Assembly (NCBI GenBank): GCA_037447605.1
Contig: CM074816.1
Location: 1,193,873 to 1,257,872 of the forward strand
DNA from: Zygnema circumcarinatum SAG 698-1b
Taxonomy: Eukaryota; Plantae; Zygnematophyceae
DNA: 64,000 bases
Direction of reading: 5' to 3'
This document shows positions 15,495 through 28,103 of the stretch, one piece after another. Both the position numbers and the translations under genes were made by a program. Positions within the stretch are counted from its first letter, which is position 1; each line of letters starts with the position of its first letter. The notes under the pieces are model-generated. The model worked only from the letters and a program-made list of their open reading frames with translations, searched no databases and was not told where the DNA came from.

Positions 15495-16240
15495 ATGCGG
15501 CGGGAGACGACGGAGGGCGCCATGCAGGAGCAGCATATGGTATGGGGTGCAGACGCGAGGAGGGCATGGGCATGATTGAGGGGTAGGGGTATGGCATGAT
15601 TGGGACATAGGAGTATGGGAGGATGGGTATGATGGGAAGACGTGGATATGAGGCATGGGCGTTGATGAAAGCGTGAGGATCAAGAGCATGAGGTTGATGG
15701 GGAATGGGGAGTTGGGGGCGTGGGCATGAAATTGATTGAGTTGAGATTCAATTCAAAGGAGGGAGCAGGGAGAGATGAACAGAGAGTGGTGTATCGGGGG
15801 AGGAGGGAGAGAGGACGGGTATAGGTGAAGGAATGAGGGAAAATGGTACGGGAGGGGAAGGGAAAGGAGGAGGAGGAGAGAGGAAAGCAGGGAAAGAGGG
15901 GAGGGAGAGATTGGAATGACGAACAGGGGAGAGAGAGAGACAGAGGAAGCACAGTCTTTACTAGTATTGGTCGTCCTGAACATTCATAGATTTCCGTTTG
16001 CCTGCTGCAGACGACATCTCGCAGCAGCACAGGGAAACTCGGCGGGAAACGTGACGTGACAGAAAGGTATTTAGTTCAATTTCCCTTTATGCGGTTCAAT
16101 CAGTACATGCAAAAACAAGAGTGACGGGGGAGAGGAGGGGGTTGGAACGGGAGATCGAGAAAGAGTGAGATAGAGGAAGAGGTGGAAGGGAGAGCGGAGG
16201 GGGGTGACGCTCTCTCCGTCACACTATCCGGCTTTCTCCT

Positions 16241-16339
<99 letters not shown>

Positions 16340-19300
16340 AATATGGACCTCTCGTTTCCACTAATTACGCATCCGTGTGTTTTACTGCGACAGGAAATCC
16401 ACAATTACGGAAACCCGGGAAGCCAAACGTGCGAACCGACAGAGCGCCGACAAATTGGACAAGCTACAGAAGTGGGCCCCACCGGAGGTCCTGCCAGGTG
16501 GCAGTCCCTTCAGAAATAATTGTCTTCCCGGATCAGTAGAAGGAGAGGAGAGCCTTCTCTGCGGCAGCCATGGCTGCCACAGTCAGAGCTTGAGAACCAC
16601 CGCCTCCTCCGCCATGGCTTCCGCAGATGCCAACTATTCCGTACATCTCCCTCCTCTCTCCTCCCTCTCTCCCAACCCCTCCTACCTCACACCCTCCTCC
16701 ACCCCCTTCTTGCACCTTCCCCCCCTCACTCACTTCTCCCCCCCCCCTCTCTCTCCTCTCTCTCCCTTCCATCAGCTTCCCAGCCATGGCTCCACATACA
16801 TGAACCCGAGATCCATGGCTGTCTCCATGTCTATGGGGTCCAGTGGGAGCAGAGAGGAGAGCCAAAGCTGCAGTTCAGTAACAGAAGCTGTGAGTGGGGC
16901 TACGAGTGAAGGAGTGGACTTAAACCCACAAACCCCAAAATCAGCACAATCTCCCGCTCGCTGGAAAAAACCCACATCCTCAAAAGGCTCAAAAGATACG
17001 GTAACCGCATCAGCAGAAGCTCCATGTTCCAACTCTTTGGAGGAGGATATGCCACCTCGGTTTTCGAGAGGAAGCAGAGAAGCTCCGGCTTGTGGGAGTT
17101 CGTCGGGAAGGGAAGGGAGAGAGGGGGGAGAGGGAGGAGGGAGCCTTAATGCCATGGCAGGAAGAGAGGGAGGGAGGAGGCCATGGCCTGCACATGGCTA
17201 CGTGTCAGTTTGTGGTAGGAGGCAGCATATGGAGGATGCTGTGGCGGTAGTGCCATCGTTCATAGCGGAGGGGGAGATGAAGGCGGAGGAAGCGCTGCAC
17301 TTTTTTGGAGTTTACGACGGGCATGGCGGAGCAGAGGTATGAAAGATGTCGACATTGGTTCTGAACTATTGCTTTTCCAATTTCATCTTGATGGATTTTA
17401 ACTCTCTCTCACTCCCTCACACACACACACCTTCCCCCCTCTCTACCTCGTCTCTCCTCTCTCTCCCCCTCCCTCTCTCTCTCCCTCTCTATCTCTCTCT
17501 CCCCCCTTCTCACCATCCCTCCCTCCCATTTGCAGGTGGCAAGGTACTGTGCAGAAAAGCTGCACCTAATGGTGGTGGATGAGTTGCAGAAGGCGAAGGC
17601 GGAGTTGGGGTGTGCGCAGAGCCTCCGCGCGCACATGGGACACGCGTTGAAGGCCGCGTTCCGGCACATCGATGCGGAGGTCGGCGGCGTCTGCCCCTTT
17701 CCCGGAAACTGCGCGCGGGGACAGCGCTGCCGCCACGAGCCAATCGCGGCGGAGTTTGTCGGCACGACAGCTGTCGTCGCGGTAGTGGCCCCCGAACACA
17801 TCTTCATCGCAAACTGCGGAGACTCGAGGGCCGTTCTATGTCGTAACGGAACGGCGGTGGCACTGTCGTCAGACCATAAGGTTGGTTGTAATGACATTTT
17901 TTTTTTTTTTGGGGACGGAAGGGAGGAGGGAGGTGGGAGGTTATCCAATTGCTTGCATTCAGTTTCTCTCTCGTTTTTTCTCTAACTCTCTCTCTTTCTC
18001 AATCGCCCCTATCTCTCTCTCTCTCTCTCTCGTTGTTTTTTGGTTGTTTAAAGTGAGCGGCGGATTGGGGGTGTGTCGGGAGCAGCCTCAAAGACCGGAC
18101 GAATTGCGACGAGTGGAAGCGGCCGGAGGGAAAGTGATCTATCATGAAGGGTTCAGAGTCCTAGGGATTCTGGCCATGTCCAGAGCTATTGGTATACCAC
18201 CCTCCATCCCTCCCTCCCTCCCTCCCTCCACCTCTCACTTCCTCACTTCTCCCTCCCTCACTCCCTCCCTCCCTTCACCTCTCACTTCTTCACTTCTCCC
18301 TCCCTCCCACCCTACCTCCCTCCCTCCCTCCCTCCCTCNNNNNNNNNNGAAGCTCCGGCTTGTGGGAGTTCGTCGGGAAGGGAAGGGAGAGAGGGGGGAG
18401 AGGGAGGAGGGAGCCTTAATGCCATGGCAGGAAGAGAGGGAGGGAGGAGGCCATGGCCTGCACATGGCTACGTGTCAGTTTGTGGTAGGAGGCAGCATAT
18501 GGAGGATGCTGTGGCGGTAGTGCCATCGTTCATAGCGGAGGGGGAGATGAAGGCGGAGGAAGCGCTGCACTTTTTTGGAGTTTACGACGGGCATGGCGGA
18601 GCAGAGGTATGAAAGATGTCGACATTGGTTCTGAACTATTGCTTTTCCAATTTCATCTTGATGGATTTTAACTCTCTCTCACTCCCTCACACACACACAC
18701 CTTCCCCCCTCTCTACCTCGTCTCTCCTCTCTCTCCCCCTCCCTCTCTCTCTCCCTCTCTATCTCTCTCTCCCCCCTTCTCACCATCCCTCCCTCCCATT
18801 TGCAGGTGGCAAGGTACTGTGCAGAAAAGCTGCACCTAATGGTGGTGGATGAGTTGCAGAAGGCGAAGGCGGAGTTGGGGTGTGCGCAGAGCCTCCGCGC
18901 GCACATGGGACACGCGTTGAAGGCCGCGTTCCGGCACATCGATGCGGAGGTCGGCGGCGTCTGCCCCTTTCCCGGAAACTGCGCGCGGGGACAGCGCTGC
19001 CGCCACGAGCCAATCGCGGCGGAGTTTGTCGGCACGACAGCTGTCGTCGCGGTAGTGGCCCCCGAACACATCTTCATCGCAAACTGCGGAGACTCGAGGG
19101 CCGTTCTATGTCGTAACGGAACGGCGGTGGCACTGTCGTCAGACCATAAGGTTGGTTGTAATGACATTTTTTTTTTTTTTGGGGACGGAAGGGAGGAGGG
19201 AGGTGGGAGGTTATCCAATTGCTTGCATTCAGTTTCTCTCTCGTTTTTTCTCTAACTCTCTCTCTTTCTCAATCGCCCCTATCTCTCTCTCTCTCTCTCT

Positions 19301-20135
19301 CGTTGTTTTTTGGTTGTTTAAAGTGAGCGGCGGATTGGGGGTGTGTCGGGAGCAGCCTCAAAGACCGGACGAATTGCGACGAGTGGAAGCGGCCGGAGGG
19401 AAAGTGATCTATCATGAAGGGTTCAGAGTCCTAGGGATTCTGGCCATGTCCAGAGCTATTGGTATACCACCCTCCATCCCTCCCTCCCTCCCTCCCTCCA
19501 CCTCTCACTTCCTCACTTCTCCCTCCCTCACTCCCTCCCTCCCTCCCTCCGTCCACCTCCCTCCACAAAAATCCCTCCTCGCCCATCCACTTTCCAACCT
19601 TCCTCCCTCCAACCCCGTACCTACACCTCTCCCTCCCTCTCTCCATCCCTCCCTACCTCCCCCTCCCCAACCCCCCCCTCCTCACCCACCCCCTTCCGGC
19701 CCCTCCCTTTCAGGCGATCGCCTTCTGAAGCCCTTTGTGATCCCCGAGCCGGAGCTGATGTGTGCCGCACGTGCGGAGGGCGACCGCTTTCTCATCCTCG
19801 CGAGCGACGGCCTTTGGGACGTTCTCTCCAACGACGCGGCATGTGACGTCGTACGGAAGTGTCTGCACGTGCGGAAGAGGGTGATGTGGAGGGGGGAGGA
19901 GCAGGGGCCCAAAAGGGATGATGTTGGGCGCGAGGTGATGATGCACGGGGCGCTGGTCGCGCCAAAAAGTGATGTAGGGAGGGAGGGACAGGTGATGCAG
20001 GGGGCGGCGAGAAGTGATGTGAGGGAAAGTCCCTCCGCGCTGGCCGCAACGACGCTGACAAAAGTGGCCCTCGCTCGGGGCAGCAATGATAATATTTCCG
20101 TGGTGGTGGTAGATTTGCAGCCCGACATCATATAA
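15495..20135 (+). CDS. Clade-A-like protein phosphatase 2C (ABI1/HAB1 family)
   Basis: Putative exons 15495-15539, 16011-16066, 16394-17336, 17536-17880 (duplicate 18806-19150), 18086-18191 (duplicate 19356-19461), 19714-20135. Motifs [86 protein letters not shown]. The first two exons are less certain; an alternative ATG lies at 16614. Confidence 0.92.
17079..19540 (+). other. Tandem 1270-bp-offset duplication across the N-gap at 18339-18348 (probable assembly artefact)
   Basis: 18349 onward reproduces 17079 onward, including intron homopolymer lengths; ORF-track entries repeat at an exact +1270 offset. Confidence 0.85.
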
Positions 20136-21944
20136 GGGATGTGGGATTTTGACTGATTCTGAAAAAAGAAGAAAGGAGAAAGAAAGAAAGAAAGAAAGAA
20201 AGAATGTAAAAAGGAGCCGAGGGAGGAATAAGGAAGGAAAAAGGGAAATGAAAGGGGACGATTTTATGGTGTTCTATGCTGTGATGGCAATTTCCTTTTC
20301 GCCATTCTCAGCGTTTTTAGGATTTAGGGTTTAAGGCAGGAGGAGAGGGACTCGGGAGGAGGAATTGAAAGCTGGCTCTGTCAAAAGGAGCAAAACAAAT
20401 TTACATTTTTGCTTGTTTTACTTTTTCATGGCAACTCTTATTGTACAGAGACTTCGCAGGAAGCTTATTTCTGAGCAACAGATTACGATACATTTAAAAA
20501 AAATTCTTTCAGTTTCATTTTCTTATTTTGATACGTTTTCTCCCGTGTCCGCAGTCTGGAAACTCAAAAAGCTGAATCTGGCAAACATAGAATTTGCAAA
20601 AGATGGTTTCTCGCTTGAACTCGCCATTATTTCGCAACCATATTAGTGACTATTTTGCTCTATCTCAAGTACTGAATTTTTTTAGTTATTTCGAGTTTTA
20701 CTGAAATGATGAATGGAATGTACAACGCTGTTAAGCGCCTTTTACTCCGATGACTCAAAGGGAGCAACATTATATGGATGGGAAGTTGGAGGGAAGGAGG
20801 TGGGGGAGGGACGGGGAGTGGTAGTGGGCGAGGGAGCGGGAGAGGGAGAGGGAGGGAGAGGGAGGAGGGGGAGAGGGAGGGAGACGGGGCGGCGGAGGGA
20901 GGAGGAGGAACACCACCTAAAGCCCTTCCTTTGCGAGTGCGCCCATTGATCCTTTGAAAAGCGGCCCCGGAGGCCCTTCTCCTTCATGCTCACAGCCATT
21001 TCTATAGCCTTAAAACGCTGTCTCGCTTCAGAAATGGCTTCTCTCTCCCTCCCTCCCTCCCTCAGGAAAGAAACGTCCCATGTTGCGAGCTATGCGGCTG
21101 CTTTTAAAGTCATGTTGGGTCGTCAGAGCTAGTGCCAGCGATTCGCTTGTGGCTTCTTTTCCTTCTCCTTTATAGGGCCCTTGTTGACCGTTTCACGTTG
21201 GCTCTACTTTATTGCGCTTTTTCATAGACATTTGATGGCGTCGCCATGGTGAAATCAACGCCAATTTTATTTGTTTGCCCTCCCACAACAAAACTTTCAA
21301 GGAGATATTGTGTGTCTCACACTCGCACGAATGTGGGGGAACTTCATTAATCTTGACTCCGCCTCCCCTCTCGCTTTCCTTCATACAATTCTGAAGAATC
21401 ATTGCTTTATTTTACTCAACTCCGAATTGTTTTATGCTCAATAAGACGCGCTCGCAAATTCTGAGCTTGAGGATAGGCTGTGAGTCTGAACAGAAAAGAA
21501 AAACGAAGAGGTGGGAGGGAGCGGCACACAGAGAAAGGGAAATAGAAAGAAATTAAAACGAAGAGTCAACTACAAAACTAAAGGAGGAAAATACGCACCA
21601 CATACCGTACCAATACCAATCTATGAAAACCTTAGCCAAACAATGCCCACATCTTACATTATACCTATATACAATAAAATCTGCTCCTAGTTAAAGAACT
21701 CACCTCCCTAAAATGCTAAAGAAAACTCTACACCAATCCCATATTGAGAGCGCTACCTGATAGCAGCCCCTCAAACTCAACATGGCCGACCCACTTCCCC
21801 CATTCAACTACCCCTCATTCCAACCCCAAACCAAGTCCCTCCTCCCACATCATCACCACTACCTCTCTACTCAACCTTATACACATGGCCCACTCACACA
21901 TCGCTCATAGCCATTCGCACAGAAAGGAAACCCTAACACCCTTC

Positions 21945-22060
21945 GAACCCTACAAAGCTTAGAACCCCTCCGAACTCTACAACCCTACAAACCCTAAACC
22001 CTAAACCCCTAAACCCCTAAACCCCTAAATCCCTACAAGCCTACGAACCCCAACCCTAAT
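21945..22060. repeat. Telomere-like CCCTAAA cluster immediately 3' of the PMIR stop codon
   Basis: aaaccctaaaccctaaacccctaaacccctaaacccctaaa at ~21990-22030. Confidence 0.75.
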
Positions 22061-22063
22061 TCC

Positions 22064-24222
22064 TCAGTGCTGCCGGACCATGCTGCTGGGCAGAGCAACG
22101 TCTGCATTCCTCACAACCGGATTTGGGCGAGCGACCTCTTGCCACCCCTCTCCCACCTTCTCTCCTTTCTGCGAAATGCTCCAAATGGCGTCTTTTCCAT
22201 GACCCTTCCCCTGTCCTAGTGGTTTCTTCAAGTTCGGATTTTTGCCCCTTTTTCCCATTCCCGAGGCCAACAGCCATCGCGAACCACTCTGAGTTTGTTT
22301 GGGAGTGGCCCACCCTTTCTTTGCGGCCTGTTCCGCTCTCAGTCCCATCATGTGAACGCCCGTAATACGGAACTGAGCCCTTCCATGTTTCATCACCAAG
22401 GCCGACCTCTTGGCCTCCTCCTCCTCCTCCTCGGGAGTTCTGAACTTTAGGCTGTACGGCCTACCTAGCTTGACAGGTGGCGGCACGAGGACTCTCTCTG
22501 CCTGCACTAACGCCATCATGGGGGCTCCAACAGGCTCGTAATTACGGAACGGATCACGTAACTGAACCAATATAGCCAGCGTTACAGTGTTGCCCATCGC
22601 ACCTCCCTCACTCCTCACTACCCCCCCTCCTCTCCCTCCTCCTCCTCCTCCTCCTCCTCCTCCTCCTCCTCCTCCTCTTCTCTCTCCTCCCTCAACAATC
22701 TGTTGACTCTTCGAACTTCCCCTCAGGACTATCGCACCGTCCAACTCCTCCTCCTTTCCCTCTCCCTTTCCCTCTCCCTCTCCCTCTCCCTCAACCTCAA
22801 TATGCAACGCCTTGTGCAGTTCTAAAGCAGCCATGGCATCCTCCTCCATAGCATCATCTCCCAGCAGCCCTGCATCCAACGACTGCCATTCATCCATAGT
22901 AATGGCATCCAACTTCTCCCATTCATCCAATGAGATCGCCATGGCCATCAAATCCATATCCTTCACCTCCTCCCCCTCCTCTCCCTCCCCCCCTCCCATA
23001 TCCAACCCCCCTGAAAACTGAGCCAACTCCACTGCCGTGTACCCCCCTACCTCCGCCTCCTCTCCCACTCTCTCTCCCTCCTCTCTCTCTCTCTCTCTCT
23101 CTCCTCTCTCTGCACTCCCAAGGAGCTTCAACCCACTCCCTCTCCCTCCTCCTCCTGAGGGCCCCTCTAAGCTCGCCACGTGTCCCCTCCCCCATCTCTC
23201 CCTCCCCTTCTTCACCTTCCCCACAGGGAGTGCCTCTACCAGATCTGACGAATCTGAGCCGTCCGTTTGCACTTGGAGCCCCTCCATGGCCAGCTGCTCT
23301 ATCACAGATACTGCCAAAGGTGCCAGCTCATCGAGTGAGACAAATTCCTCGGGGATCTCGCCCGGGCCCATCGGACGGTCCCCGCGGCTCGTCACGATCG
23401 CCAATTCTGTCGCGACTCGAGATCCTGCGGATCTTGCAGATCCTGCGGATCCCGAAGATCTCGACAAGATCGAGGAAGATTCTGTGGTCCTTTCCGCATT
23501 CCCACCTTCGATGGCCGGTCTGCGAAATTTGAGCGAAAAAAGAAAAAACAGCATTAAAATGGATGACGTCATTCATACGTCACGCAAGTTTTTCCTGCGC
23601 AAATAAACCAAGTTTCCAAAACGAAGTCCTCGACCCGAACTTTTCATCGTAGCTTTCTTTTCGTAGGCAGAAACTCAGCAGATTTTTCTTATTCTTTTAT
23701 TTATTTATTTAAGTTTATAAAGGCTAACTGCATCCATAAATCGGAAGCCGCATTCGATCAACTTCCTGAGCAAGTTCTCAGACCCAAAAAATTTAACCCC
23801 TTTTCATCCATAACTTTACCCCCCTCTTTTTTTTTATTTTTTCTCCCTTTCCTTTCAAACAGCGTGGTCCTGGCCCACCTGTACGGCCCGGGGAGGTCCA
23901 TTGGTTGGATCTGCCCCCCCTCCAGCGCCATGAGCCCCTCGGAGAAGATCTGGGCCATTGATTTCCCGCTCATGTCATCCAACGGCATCAGCACGCTCGC
24001 CTGCTCCATGAGCGAGTCCGCGCCGATGCCCGCCAAGTGCTGAATGATTTCCGTAGCGGAAGTGCCCATGCCCGCGGGAATCACTATCGGTTTCGAAACC
24101 TGGGCGAGGGAGAGGGAGAGAGTGTGAGAGAGTGGGAGAGAGAGAGGGAGAGGGAGAGAGAGAGGGAGAGGGAGAGAGAGAGAGGGGGGGAGAGAGAGGG
24201 AGGGAAAGAGAGAGAGGGGGGG

Positions 24223-24282
<60 letters not shown>

Positions 24283-24629
24283 AGAGAGAGAGAGAAAGAG
24301 AAAGAGAGAGAGTGAAAGAGAAAGAGAGAGAGAGGGAGAGTGAGGGAGAGAGAGAGAGGAGGGGAGTGAGCACGCCGATACAAACACCACATGTACGTGT
24401 CTCTGCTTGTTCAGTGGGTGTGTCACGATAATCATAGCTCAGACCAGCTCCATGCATGCATTCATGGATATGCATAAGCGAATACATGCAACTTTTCATG
24501 TGAATACAGCGATAGGCTATAAAGCTGCAACAAACCCACCTACCCAAAAACTCCAGCTATTCACTCCACCGACTACCTCCCACTAGACACATGTATATCT
24601 TCCTTACCCTCTTTCCTACCACCTTTCAA

Positions 24630-24668
<39 letters not shown>

Positions 24669-27600
24669 TACCTGCATCACGAGATGAGCTTCGCTGCTTC
24701 GGAAATTGTTCGGAGCCATAGACAAGAGCATTCCCCCATCCTTTGTTGCAATTGCAGACTTAAAGCCTTCTGCAAGAGGAGGAGGCTCAAAGCTGACATC
24801 TGCAGCCCCCCCTCCCTCTCCCTCTCCCTCTCCCTCTCCTCCCCCTCTCCCTGCCAGCTCGAACGCACTCTTGTCCACCCCATACTGCTGCATGAGCTCA
24901 GCCGTCTCCTCATCCTCCAACATCTTTGCTCTTGCTCTGCCCTTCTCTACCATCCGTGCTCTCGAATGCTCTACTTCTGCAGCTAACAGTATCTCTGCAA
25001 ACTCATCTTCTTTCCCCCTCTCTCCCACAACCCCCCTCTCTCCCACAACCCCTCTCTCTCCCACAACCCCTCTCTCTCCCACAACCCCCCTCTCTCCCAC
25101 TACACCCCTCTCCTTCTGCTGCTGCGGAGGGGGCGGCAGAGGCTGCCGCCAATCTACTGTACTAGATTCCTGCCACGTGGAAGGAATAGAGCTGCTATCT
25201 ACCACTGAACTATCCGCCACATAATTGATTCTTTCTTCAAAACTTGCATTCCTGCTATGCCCCTGTTGCTGCCTAAGGAAAATCTCCGCCTCTATGCTTC
25301 CCGGACTTTCAAAACCCACAATTTCAATGGGAGATTCGTCCTCCCACTCTCCTCCCAGCTGACCCTGCTCCACCTGCTTCAAAAACTCTCTCTCTAACTC
25401 TGAAGTCAAACTCTCCTCCCTCATCAAGCTGCCTCTCCCTCTCATCTCCTCTACCTCCCCTGCAACATTCCCCTTCTCCTGCAGCCCATTCTGCTCCTTT
25501 TCATTCCCTAAACTTAGCCGATTCCAAGGAGGAGCATGCTCCACATCGACCGTCAAAACATTTTGAACTGTTTTCCTTGAATCGTCGATTTCTAAAGCTG
25601 AATTGAAGCTGCCAAAGGCAATCCTCTCTTCTTCCGGATTCTTTCTCCAGCCGTCAAAACCACTAATGCGACTATCTTCTCTATTGCCTGCCGTAATGCT
25701 CTGCATCTTGAGAGACTCCATGGCTTCCTTCTCCTCCTCCTCCATCATCAAAAACTTTTGCATTGTCACATTCGGTTTGTAAGGCTTCAGTCCCACCTTC
25801 CTCCCAAAACCCACTACCTCAGTTCCTTTCAAAACCTCTGACTCACCTTCATCTTCATCTTCAATACCTTTCTTTCTATCTTTTGAAACCATTCCATGTT
25901 TCAAATCATCGCTCGTCGCTGCTTCCACACTGCCAGAAACTGTTAAATTGTCCGCGTTTTCAAAATTTGTTCCTAATACTTCATCCATCGTCACTCCTCC
26001 TTTCCCTTCACTCCCCTCCAGCATTGCGAGAAATTCTTGCACTTCATCTATGTCTTCGCCTTCTTTCCCGATTTCCACATCTGAAACCCTAAAAACCTCC
26101 TCTTTTGCAGACTCCCTCCCCTCTGCATTCCGTCCAGACTCCGCCTCCCCTCCCTCTTCCCCTCCTTCTGAGTCGAAAAAATCCTCTCTCTCTCCCTTGC
26201 TCTGCGCTATCTCCGTCTCTACGTTCTTCAAGTCCTTCAAATTATCTTCATCTCTGACATCATTTGAGCTCGTTAAATCCGACATTTTAGCGTTGATTCC
26301 GAGCTTATCACTATCATTGAGCTTTCCCACATTTTTCTCCACAGGCTTCGATTCTACCACTTCTTCCGCCTGTGCTTCAAAAGCAGCAATTCGAGCCTGT
26401 AAAGCTTCTGACATAGCCACTTTTTCCCCTTCCTTCTCAGGAGGCACTTCACTTCCCATCTCTCCCTCCCCTACTTCTCTCTCACTTTCGGCTCCCAGCA
26501 AGAAAAGATAATCGTCCATTGTTCCCACCGCGTCTTCAAAAACATCCTCTCTGTCTTGACCACCTCCTCCATTCTCTTTAGCTTTCTCCTTCTCCTCCTC
26601 TTCTACTTTACCTTTTTCCTTTTCTTCGAAATATTCCTCTTCTTTAAGGTCGAACTCGACTGTTTCCATTGCCGGCTTCACCTCTCCTTCCACCTGCTCT
26701 CCCTCCATTTCCTCTCCCACTTCCAACATTCTCTCCTTCCCTTCTCCCACCCCAAATGCTCCCACTTCCTCTTCCTTCCCCCCCAACACTAACTCCACTT
26801 TGCTGGGCATATTTTCGGACTCACCTCCTCTCTCCTGCTTACTTCCAACTCCCCCACTTCCAGCCTCTATGCTCCCTCCGTTCATCGCTACCCCTAACCC
26901 TAAAACATCTCCCTCTTCCCTTTTCTCTTCTCTCCTCTCACTTCCTTTTCCCACAACCACGTCTCGCTGCTTCTTACTCTCTACTTCAGCTTCCCCTTCT
27001 CTCTCCCCTTTCCTCTCCTCTCCTCTCCCAACCACGCCTCCCTCCTCCACACTAAAGCACAGCCTGGCCCTCCCCTCCCCTCCCCCTGCCTCCACCTTAG
27101 CCGCCATGGCTGCCATTCTTGCCCCAACCTTAAACCCCTGCTCCTCTTCCTCTTCCACCTCCTCCACCTCCTCTCCCCACCAGCCACTTCTTCTCCCGCT
27201 CCCTCCCACTCCCTCTTCCTCTCCCTCTTCCACTCCCTTCCCAACCCTCCTCGACGCCGCCCTCGAGAAGTTCGCAAAGGTCTTCTCCTCCACCATGGCT
27301 GCCGCTCTCTCGCCTCTTTCGAGCATTAGATTGTACCCTAAAGTCGTCACTATCCTCGCTCCTTCCGCCTTCCCCATCAGCGGCAGGCTCGTAGTCCATG
27401 GCTTCTGCTCCCCTGCCTGTAACTTCACCGGGAGGATCTGCGCCAAGTCAAGCACATGCCGCCCTATCACCATGCGGCGAGTTGTCATTACGGAAACCTC
27501 CAACACGCTCGCCTTCGGTGCAAACTTCCTCTGCCCCTCCCCTCCCAGTGGCGACATTGGCCCCCCCCCTCCCCCTCCTCCTCCTCTCTCTCCCGGCGCG

Positions 27601-28103
27601 GAGAAGAGAGTGCACTGAATCCTCAGAGTCTCCTCCACTTCCGCGACGCCGTCCACGATCTTCGCCGCACGTGTGTGTTGAGAGCGCTCCCTACGGTGCC
27701 ACGTGGCAGTGAGGAGCTTGCCGTTGAGAGCGGCCGGCAGGCCCTCGACGCCATGGACGTGCAGGAAGAACTCGCAGGGGGTGCGAGAGGCTCCCATTCT
27801 GCCCAGCGCGCGGAAGGGGAGGGAGGCGAGGATGCCACGTGGCCGGGCCGCATTGGGCGAGGGCAGCATGCGGCTGAACTGCACCTGCTCCTCCAGCCAC
27901 TTGGGAAACTCCGGGTCCGGCCGCCGCTCCGCCGCTCCATGCTCCAGTTCTCCGTCGTCTACAACGGTGAGACGGCCGCTCCCTGGAGCGGTGGGGTAGC
28001 GGATGACGCTCTGCGAGCGGCGGGGGTGGAGGAGGGCGGCGGGGGAGAGGGAGGGGGAGGGCTTGCGGCCCAGGTCGGGCGAGGAGGGCCGCGCCATGGC
28101 CAT
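22064..28103 (-). CDS. PMIR1: PLASTID MOVEMENT IMPAIRED 1-RELATED-like protein (NT-C2 domain plus PMIR C-terminal domain), 3 exons
   Basis: Exons 28103-24672, 24099-23879, 23519-22064. NT-C2 domain (FFLHVHGVEGLP...EETL...GRHVLDLAQILP...WTTSLPLMGKAEGA); C-terminal motifs EFVSLDELAPLA, MGNTVTLAILVQLRDPFRNYEPVGAPM, QFRITGVH, QSGSRWLLASGMGK, WSIS. Confidence 0.9.

Noticed and set aside
17079-18338. A second PP2C paralogue
   Set aside because: Identical sequence abutting an N-gap; an assembly artefact is more parsimonious
20742-21200. Protein-like minus-strand frames downstream of PMIR (EAISEARQRFKAIEMAVSMKEKG...)
   Set aside because: Interrupted by stops and frameshifts with no identifiable homology; may be 3' UTR or decayed sequence
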